A stretch of DNA of 64,000 nucleotides from Acidimicrobiaceae bacterium (GTDB taxonomy: Bacteria; Actinomycetota; Acidimicrobiia; Acidimicrobiales; Aldehydirespiratoraceae), in contig VYBO01000130.1 in NCBI GenBank assembly GCA_009844405.1, forward strand, positions 12 to 64,011, read 5' to 3'. This document shows positions 9,403 to 16,900 of the stretch, piece after piece. Below the pieces are notes generated by a model. That model was not told the origin of the DNA, did no database searches, and saw only the letters and a list, made by a program, of their open reading frames with translations. Within the stretch, counting starts at the first letter, position 1. Each line of letters starts with the position of its first letter. The translations under genes were made by a program, and so were the position numbers.

Positions 9403-10848
9403 GTGGACGATGATGCACTCCGCTCATCGGCGGGCACCCGGCTCGATGAGGCCTTCGAGGCAGCCCGACCGTCGGGGCGCCTGGAGCGGATCTTCGGCAC
9501 CCGGGACTTCTTCAGGCTCTGGATCGCCCAGGTCGTCTCGGCCACCGGCGACTGGCTCGGCCTGTTCGCCATCATCGCATTGGCCGACCAGCTCGCCCCC
9601 GAAGGGTCCAAGGGCACCGCCATTGCCTTGGTGCTGGCCGCCCGGGTGGCGCCGGGCTTCTTCCTGGCCACCGCCGCGGGCGTGATCGTCGACCGGCTGA
9701 ACCGCAAACGGGTGATGGTGGCCTGCGACGTGGGCCGGGCGCTGGTCCTAGTGACGCTGCCGTTCGTCGACACCATCGTCGGCCTGGTGGTGGCCAGCTT
9801 CCTACTCGAGCTGCTCACGATGATGTGGCAGCCCGCCAAGGAGGCGACGGTCCCGGAACTCGTGCCCCGCGAGAAGCTCACCGCGGCCAATTCGCTCAAC
9901 GTGACCGCGGCCTACGGCATGTTCCCGGTGGCTGCCGGGACGGCCGCGCTGCTGGCCAAGGCGGCGGAGGCGGTGCCGGACGAGGGATGGGTGACGAACC
10001 TGCGGCTCAACGAGGAGGGACTGGCCTTCTACGTGGACGCGCTGACGTTCCTGGTGACCGCCCTGATCATCTGGCGCATCGCCATCCCGGTGCGCTCCCG
10101 CAAGGAGCGTCAGGCGACAGAACGGGGCAGCCTCGATCTTGGCCGGGCCATCCGCGAGCTCCGGGAAGGTTGGCGCCTGGTGGGGAGGAACCGCATCGTG
10201 CGGTCGGTGAACGTGGGGTTGGCCACGGCGGTGATGGGCGCGGGGATGGTGGTGGTTCTGGGCGCCCGGTTCGTCGACGAGGTGATCGTCGGGCGGGAGG
10301 CCGACTTCCATGCCGTGCTGTTCTCGCTCGGAGTGGGCATGGCAGTTGGCGTGGCCTCGGCCGCTGCGCTGCAGAATCGCATCAACCGGCTCCGCGGGTT
10401 CACATCAGCGCTCATCGGCGCGGGTGTGGTGCTGCTGGCCGCTGCGTCGGTGGACCGGCTGTCGCTGATGATCCCACTGGTGGTGCTGCTCGGGATGCTG
10501 GCCGGTCCCTCATATGTGCTCGGGTTCACGCTGCTGCACGAGAACGTCGACAACGAGATCCGGGGCCGCGTGTTCGCAGCCCTGCTCGTGCTGGTGCGGC
10601 TGTGCGCGCTGATTGCGCTGGCCGTCGGTGGCGTGCTGGCCGACCTGCTCGACGGCCTGTCGGACCTCTGGTGGGACCAGGAGGTCACGGTGCTGGGAGC
10701 GGTGGTCGAGTTGCCCGGATCGCGCCTCACGATGTGGATCGCTGGTGTGATCATCGTTGTCGCCGGCGCCCTGGCCACATTGAGTCTGAGATCCGGTGCT
10801 CGTGAGCAGGGCGGAGTGGCGTCCGAGAGCGAGGCGACGGCGCAGTGA
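9403..10848 (+). CDS. MFS transporter
   Basis: 481-aa ORF with about 12 predicted hydrophobic spans and an MFS-like start (FRLWIAQVVSATGDWLGLFAI..DRLNRKRVM). Confidence 0.7.
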   Translation: MDDDALRSSAGTRLDEAFEAARPSGRLERIFGTRDFFRLWIAQVVSATGDWLGLFAIIALADQLAPEGSKGTAIALVLAARVAPGFFLATAAGVIVDRLNRKRVMVACDVGRALVLVTLPFVDTIVGLVVASFLLELLTMMWQPAKEATVPELVPREKLTAANSLNVTAAYGMFPVAAGTAALLAKAAEAVPDEGWVTNLRLNEEGLAFYVDALTFLVTALIIWRIAIPVRSRKERQATERGSLDLGRAIRELREGWRLVGRNRIVRSVNVGLATAVMGAGMVVVLGARFVDEVIVGREADFHAVLFSLGVGMAVGVASAAALQNRINRLRGFTSALIGAGVVLLAAASVDRLSLMIPLVVLLGMLAGPSYVLGFTLLHENVDNEIRGRVFAALLVLVRLCALIALAVGGVLADLLDGLSDLWWDQEVTVLGAVVELPGSRLTMWIAGVIIVVAGALATLSLRSGAREQGGVASESEATAQ

Positions 10849-11450
10849 CCGGCCGGCTCATTGCGGTCGAGGGGGTGGACGCGTCGGGAAAGTCCACCCA
10901 GGCCCGGTTGCTGGCCGAGTCGCTGGGCGCGGTGTTCACCTTCCAGTTCGGCGCCACCGGTGTGGGGGCAGAGATCAGGCGGATGCTGCTCGATCCGGAC
11001 AACGATTCCCTAGACGACCGCACCGAGGCGCTGCTGATAATCGCGGACAAGGCCCAGCATGTGGCCGAGGTCGTCGGCCCGGCACTGCGAGATGGCCAGC
11101 ATGTAGTCACCGACCGCTTCACCGCGTCGACGCTCGCCTACCAGGGCTACGGGCGCGGTCTCGATCTTGCCGAGTTGCAGACGATGATGCACTTCGCCAC
11201 CGGAGGGATCGAACCCGACTTGAACCTGCTTCTGGACATCCCCCTCGAATTGGCGTCGCGGCGGCTGGGATCGTCACTCGACCGCTTCGAGGGAACCGGT
11301 GACGGCTTCCTCGATCGGGTCCGGGTCGGCTACCTGACTATGGCCGGGGCCGACCCGGCCCACTGGGCGGTGGTCGACGCCGACGGCTCGGTGGATGACG
11401 TGGCCGCCCGGGTGTTGGCCGCCGTGCAAGAACGTCTCGGCGGCATGTGA
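10845..11450 (+). CDS. tmk: dTMP (thymidylate) kinase
   Basis: LIAVEGVDASGKSTQARLL P-loop and a ..VVTDRFTASTLAYQG.. motif. GTG start overlaps the MFS stop. Confidence 0.9.
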   Translation: MTGRLIAVEGVDASGKSTQARLLAESLGAVFTFQFGATGVGAEIRRMLLDPDNDSLDDRTEALLIIADKAQHVAEVVGPALRDGQHVVTDRFTASTLAYQGYGRGLDLAELQTMMHFATGGIEPDLNLLLDIPLELASRRLGSSLDRFEGTGDGFLDRVRVGYLTMAGADPAHWAVVDADGSVDDVAARVLAAVQERLGGM

Positions 11451-12589
11451 TGACCCTTCTCGATGCTGCCGAGACGGCCACCTCCGATCCGTGGTCGGCG
11501 GTGGTGGGCCAGCCGCAGGCGGTGGCTGCCTTGACCGCGGCGGTGTCGTCTCCGGTGCATGCCTACCTGCTGGTCGGCCCGCGGGGTTCCGGCAAACGGG
11601 CCGCGGCTGGCGCCTTCGCGGGGGAGCTGATGGCGGCCGCGGACCGGCGGACGGGCTCAGATCCGGCCCGGTCTGCCAGGCATCGCCGCCTGGCTGCCCG
11701 CCAGGAGCACCCCGACGTCTTCGTGCTCAGCCCTGCCGGCCCGAGCCTGCGCCGCGAGGAGGAGGTGTCCCAGCTCATCGTCGAGGCGAGCCGCACGCCG
11801 GTGGAGGGCTCCCGCAAGGTGCTGGTCGTCGACCGTTTCCACACCGCCACACCGGCCGCGGCTGCAGCCCTGCTCAAACCGGTCGAGGAGCCGGCGGGCT
11901 CGGTGGTGTGGGTGCTGCTGGCCGAGCAGGTGCTGCCCGAGCACATCACCATCGCGTCGCGCTGCACAAGAGTCGACTTCGGCCCGGTTCCCGACACCGA
12001 GATCGCTCGGGTGCTGGTGTCGGAGGGTCTGGTCGCGGCCGACCGGGCCCCGCTGGTGGCGGCCGCGGCGGCGGGCAACCTCCATCGGGCCAGGGTTCTG
12101 GCTACCGACGAGCGGGTGGCGGCCCGGCGCGAGGCATGGTGGAAGGTGCCGGACCGCCTCGACGGATCCGGGGCCGCCGTCGCGCTGCTGGTCGCCGAAC
12201 TGCGAGCCATGATCGACGACGCCGGTGGAGCCCTCACCGAGCGCCACAGGTCCGACATCGTCGCTCTCGATCAGCGCGAGGAGCACTTCGGTGTGCGGGG
12301 CTCGGGCCGCAGCGTCATCGAAGCGCAGCACAAGCGCGAGCACCGCCAGTTCCGCACCGACGAGATCCGCTTCGGACTGGCCACTCTCGGCGCCCGATAC
12401 CGCGATGAGATCACCTCGATGCCGGGCGAGGGAGCGGCCGCGAACCGCCGGGCTGCTGCGGCCATGCGGGCCGTAGACCGCTTGCGGGCCACCGCTGAGA
12501 GCCTGATCCGCTCCCCGAACGAGGCCCTAGCCCTCCAAGCCCTGCTGCTCGATCTGCCGCCCCTGGGCGATAGCCTGAGCGGGCGCTAG
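11447..12589 (+). CDS. holB: DNA polymerase III subunit delta'
   Basis: HAYLLVGPRGSGKRAAA clamp-loader P-loop and ..KVLVVDRFH.. box. Conserved tmk-holB-tRNA-Thr order as in other actinobacteria. Confidence 0.8.
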   Translation: MMTLLDAAETATSDPWSAVVGQPQAVAALTAAVSSPVHAYLLVGPRGSGKRAAAGAFAGELMAAADRRTGSDPARSARHRRLAARQEHPDVFVLSPAGPSLRREEEVSQLIVEASRTPVEGSRKVLVVDRFHTATPAAAAALLKPVEEPAGSVVWVLLAEQVLPEHITIASRCTRVDFGPVPDTEIARVLVSEGLVAADRAPLVAAAAAGNLHRARVLATDERVAARREAWWKVPDRLDGSGAAVALLVAELRAMIDDAGGALTERHRSDIVALDQREEHFGVRGSGRSVIEAQHKREHRQFRTDEIRFGLATLGARYRDEITSMPGEGAAANRRAAAAMRAVDRLRATAESLIRSPNEALALQALLLDLPPLGDSLSGR

Positions 12590-12614
12590 GCGGCTCCGAC
12601 CGCGGGGCGCACAG

Positions 12615-12687
12615 GCCCGAATAGCTCAGTCGGTAGAGCGACGCTCTCGTAAAGCGTAGGTCAGGGGTTCAAGTCCCCTTTCGGGCT
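12615..12687 (+). tRNA. tRNA-Thr (anticodon CGT)
   Basis: Hand-folded cloverleaf: acceptor GCCCGAA/TTCGGGC, D-arm GCTC..GAGC, anticodon stem ACGCT/AGCGT with loop CTCGTAA, T-arm CAGGGGTTCAAGTCCCCT. No encoded CCA. Confidence 0.9.
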
Positions 12688-12688
12688 C
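12672..12688 (+). repeat. Direct repeat (att-like), left copy, within the tRNA-Thr(CGT) 3' end
   Basis: AGTCCCCTTTCGGGCTC here versus AGTCCCCATTCGGGCTC at 20780-20796 (16/17 identical). Confidence 0.6.
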
Positions 12689-12889
12689 GACTCTTGGAAG
12701 CAAAAATGGTCGTTGAAGTGTGGATACGTGCGAACGATTTCTTTTGGTTACCATTTTGAATATGTCGGCTGAGCGTTCGGCCACCACCACCGGAACTGTG
12801 TGCTGTCCCGGGACATGCTTGACGCGTTGGCTCCGGTAGGTGTGTTACACATCTGAGACGCGGTTCCGGTAGCTGCCGCGACTCTGGCT

Positions 12890-13717
12890 ATGGTTTTCGG
12901 CGTGTTCGGATGCATTGAAGCGCAGCGTCTATTGCTGTCGAGTCATTTGCTAGCCGTCTTCGCGTTGACGGTAACGGCGGGCTGCACAGTGGTCGAGTCC
13001 CCGAGCGGAGAGACATCCGTCGAAGCGCCAACCGTTGCCCCCAACGCGTCGGATACTGTGCGGGAGCACGCAGACCCAGGCTTCGAAGCGCCTACGCTGA
13101 CCGCACCCGATGACTTGGCGATGGAGCCTGTTGCCTATCTGGACTGCGATTTCTCCGATCATGCCGATCATGCTCTGGATGCGGTATGGCAGGTGAAGGC
13201 AGGCTTCAGCAGCGGCACCGCGTTCCACATCGGTGATGGGCAGTGGCTTACCGCCGAGCATGTCGTGTCCGGAAACAGCGCCGCCACCCTTCACAACGGC
13301 GGGGCTTCGATCAGGGCGACGGTCGCGGCCGTCAACAGGGCGGGCGACACGGCGCTGCTGCTCACATCGTCGGGTCCCAACCGGCTGGAGTTCGGCAGTC
13401 TCGCTGACATCGGTCCGGGTCATCAGGCCTACGCGGTTGGGTTCCCGCTTTATGACGCTCCCCAAGCGTCCATTTCCCGAGGCATCGTGTCGCGCATCGA
13501 ACGGCATGCTGGGTTAGAGGACGTGATCCTGGCCCAGACGCCGCCCCCCAACCTCGAAGTGTCGGCTGGGACCCCAGTGGACGTCGTGGTGGGCGAGTCG
13601 GCCGAGACCGAGGGCGATCAGATCGGGCCGGAGCCGCCCGAGGGCGAAGGCGGCGAGACCGAGGGCATCGAACCGTCCGGCGCGATCCCGCCCGAGGAGC
13701 CCGACGAGACCGGCTGA
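12890..13717 (+). CDS. Chimeric secreted trypsin-like protease-like protein (His and Asp motifs present, no GxSGG serine motif) with a PASTA-like, acidic tail
   Basis: Signal/TM-like N-terminus. ..GTAFHIGDGQWLTAEHVV.. (His box) and ..RAGDTALLL.. (Asp box) are present, but the region where GNSGGP is expected is replaced by ..ILAQTPPPNLEVSAGTPVDVVVGE.., followed by an E/G/P-rich tail. Confidence 0.45.
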   Translation: MVFGVFGCIEAQRLLLSSHLLAVFALTVTAGCTVVESPSGETSVEAPTVAPNASDTVREHADPGFEAPTLTAPDDLAMEPVAYLDCDFSDHADHALDAVWQVKAGFSSGTAFHIGDGQWLTAEHVVSGNSAATLHNGGASIRATVAAVNRAGDTALLLTSSGPNRLEFGSLADIGPGHQAYAVGFPLYDAPQASISRGIVSRIERHAGLEDVILAQTPPPNLEVSAGTPVDVVVGESAETEGDQIGPEPPEGEGGETEGIEPSGAIPPEEPDETG

Positions 13718-13732
13718 GGCTGGCTGTTGTCG

Positions 13733-13947
13733 CTAGCGGCAGCGGGCGAGGAAGTTGTCGAGCAGGTCGCGGCCCGCGTCGGTCAGCACCGACTCCGGGT
13801 GGAACTGCACTCCCTCGGTCGGGTGGCGCCGGTGCCGCAGACCCATCACCAGGCCCTCGTGGCAGGTGGCGGTGACTTCCAGCACGGGTGGCACAGAGGC
13901 GCGCTCGACGATCAGCGAGTGGTAGCAGGTGGCGGTGAAGGGGTTCG
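13733..13947 (-). pseudogene. C-terminal fragment of glutamine amidotransferase (anthranilate/aminodeoxychorismate synthase component II, TrpG/PabA-like)
   Basis: The last 71 aa of the frame read ..FTATCYHSLIVE..LEVTA..GLVMGLRHRRHPTEGVQFHPESVLTDAGRDLLDNFL. This is a class-I GATase C-terminus (His/Glu of the triad in HPES). The N-terminal ~120 aa are absent and the fragment abuts the helicase stop codon. Confidence 0.7.
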
Positions 13948-16900
13948 CTAGTCGGCTTCGAAGATGAGTTCGGGTATGACGACTTCCCAGTGGTCGTTGT
14001 GTAGGTGTTGTCGGTATTGGGGGTCTGAGCGGTCTTTGTTCCAGGTGGCGATGGCCGCGACTGTGGCTTGGGTGCAGGGCAGGTTGTCGGGCGCCTTGTA
14101 GCTGCGGGCGAGGGCGCCGACGGGGGTTCCTTTGTTGTCGAGGAGTTCCCAGCGGTCGCGGCGTGGGCGTGTCTGCAGCGGGTCGCCGGGTTTGAGGATC
14201 TTGATGCTGCGGTGCAGGCGGTTGTTTGGCGGTTTGCGGCCGGCGAAGCCGAGGTCTACGTCTTTGAGGGTGAGTGTGCGGTAGCGGCGGGACATCTGCG
14301 GTGTCGGCGCTGGAAGAGCGGCCTGCGGTCGCCACAGCACTGAGGGGTTGTCGTTGAGGGGTCTGTGGAAGGGGTGGGCGGTCTGTAGGCGTGTGAGTGT
14401 GAGTGTCTGTTTGGCGCGGGTCATTGCCACGTAGTAGAGCCGCCGCGGGGCGTCGGCGTCTTCTCGGCGGCTGCGACGGTCCCAGCCGCCGTCGAGCACG
14501 GCCACATGGTCGAACTCGAGGCCTTTGGCTCGGTGCGCGGTCAACAGCAGCAGTCCGCGCTGGCGGCGGCGGGTGTCTCGGCACCATTCTGCGAGCCATT
14601 CGATGAACGACGCTGCCGGTACTTGTGCGCCGCCGGTCTCGAGTTCGTGCTCTTCCAGGGCTTGGGTCAGCAGGTCAACCCAGGGTCCGGGCTGTTGGCG
14701 GTCGATCCATGCTTTGAGTTCGCGGTTGCCTATCAGGGCTGTGCCGTGCCGCTGGGCTTCCTGTCTCAGGGCTTGGGTCTCGCGCAGGTGCCATACGCTG
14801 AGGTCGCCTTCGTTGGCGAGCTGTGCGGGGATGTTCTGTTGTTCGCAGATGCTGCGGACCGGTTCGAGGTAGCTCCATTCGCGTGCGATGACCGCGCAGC
14901 GCGCCCAGTCCCAGTCCGCTGCGAGGCTCGCCAGTCGTGTCAACTCCGCCATCGCGGCCTGCGCCTGTGTGATCGGGTCGGCGGCGGGTGCGAGTATCTG
15001 TGCACGGCCGTCTGAGACGGGGTCCAGGCTCTGCCAGTCGCCTCCGGGCGGGTCGTTGCTGCGCTGGTCGTTTCTGCGGATGGCGTGGCCTGTCTTCATC
15101 CTGGGATGTGCCGGTGCGATGACTGCGTTGGCGGCGTCGATGATGTGGCCGGTGGAGCGGTAGTTCTCAACCAGCGGGAAGGTCCTGGCGTTGTAGTCCT
15201 GCTCGAAGCGGCGGATGAACTCCGGCGAGGCTCCGTTGAAGGCGTAGATGTTCTCGTCGTCGTCGCCGACCGCGAAGATCGTGAGCCGGGTGTCCGCGTC
15301 TGAGACTGTCCGTCCTGTCAGCGCCGCTATGAGTTCGTAGGCTTCGGGACCGATGTCTTGGTACTCGTCCACGAGTATCCACCGGAACCCTGCCAGCAGT
15401 CTCGTCCGTGTGTCCTCGGCCGCATCGGGATCGGCTTCTTCGCCTTCGAGTTCCTCGCCTTTCAGCAGGGCGGTGGCCCTCTTCATGGTGTCTTTGAGGG
15501 CGATTTCGATGTCTTCGTTGCGGGGCTGGTTCGAAGCGGCCGTGGAGAAGCTCGCGCCAACAAGCCGCATGGCCAGGGCGTGGCATGTGAGCACCATCAC
15601 GCCGCGTGCGTCGTCGCCGATGAGTTCTCGCAGCCGTCGGCGGATCTCGGCTGCGGCGTGACGGTTGTAGGCCAGCGCCAGGATGCCTCTGGGGTCTTGG
15701 CGGCGGCATCGGACCAGATAGGCGATGCGATGCACCAGCACCCTTGTCTTGCCTGAGCCTGGCCCGGCCAGCACCAGCACGTTGGTTGCTTCGCGGTCGT
15801 CTACTACCAGCGCCCGCTGTCGCGGGTTGTCGAGGCTCTCGACGATGGTGTGCCACGACTCCGCGGTCGTCTCGCGGTTCATCTCGGATCGGCGATGACC
15901 TAGCCAGCGCCGCACGAACTCTTCGTCTCCGAGTTCGAAGTACTCCAACGCCAATCGCAGCGCGTCGGCGAGCCGGTCGCGGCCCAGGTCCGCGTATTCG
16001 GCCATCACATGGATCTGTTGCACCGATCGGTCGTAGTGGTGCTGGAGTTCCTCGAAGTCTGATTGGCGGAACCCGCGTGTCTCCGCTTCGAGGGAGATGG
16101 TCATCGCTGGGCGGAACACGGTGAGGCCCCTGTTGAGCCTGATGGCCTCCTGCTCGTGCATCCACAGCAGGGCCCGTTCCATCAGCTTGCGCTCGTCCTT
16201 CGTGTCGCTTTGCAGCTGCGGGTCGGCGTCGAGGGTCTCGTTGATGCACTGCTGCAACTTGCCCAGAGTCGTGGTGACGAGCAGGTCGTTGCCCCGGCTG
16301 CCCGCCGCCAGCTCACCAAGGAGGTGATCCAACAAAGCGGCGGCTGCGGCCCGGCGGCGCTGCGCCATGCCTGCCAGCGAGCCCCAACTGCGTTTGAGGG
16401 TGACCATCACAGTCTCCGCGGCGTGTTTGCGCACCGCGACGCTGCCGCCGGCGCCGCCTGTGCCGCGGCCGTCTCGGGCGATGCCCTCCAGAGTCCGGGT
16501 CACATGCTCAGGCCGGGCGTCGGGGAACCCGGAGTCTTTGAGGCCCTGCGCGGCGATGCGCAGGTTCAAAGGAGCCTGCTCGCCTTCGTTCATGTCGGGG
16601 GCGAGTTCGCGCATCATCTCGATGAGCCGCTTCTCCATGTCCGCGGCTTCGGTGAGGCGGCTGCGCGAGGGTCGGCGCACGCCGACGTGCACGAACGCGG
16701 TCATCACGGTGTCGTTGCTGGCCAGACCGAGCTTCTCGAGGTCGTTGAGCGCGGCCGTGACGCCCTCCGGCGGCAAGCCGGAGACCTCCATTAGCATGTC
16801 TGTGGAGATGCCCTCGTCGGGGTCAGCGTTGATCAGCGTCTCCACGACGGCCACTAGCGCATCCCGGTAGCGGGCCTCGAGCTTGTGGCCTGCGAGCCTG

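Noticed and set aside
13733-14599. 288-aa minus-strand ORF overlapping the 3' end of the giant helicase gene
   Set aside because: The upstream 215 aa are Pro/Arg-rich nonsense, off-frame to the helicase coding sequence. Only the terminal 71 aa (GATase fragment) look like genuine, ancestral coding sequence.
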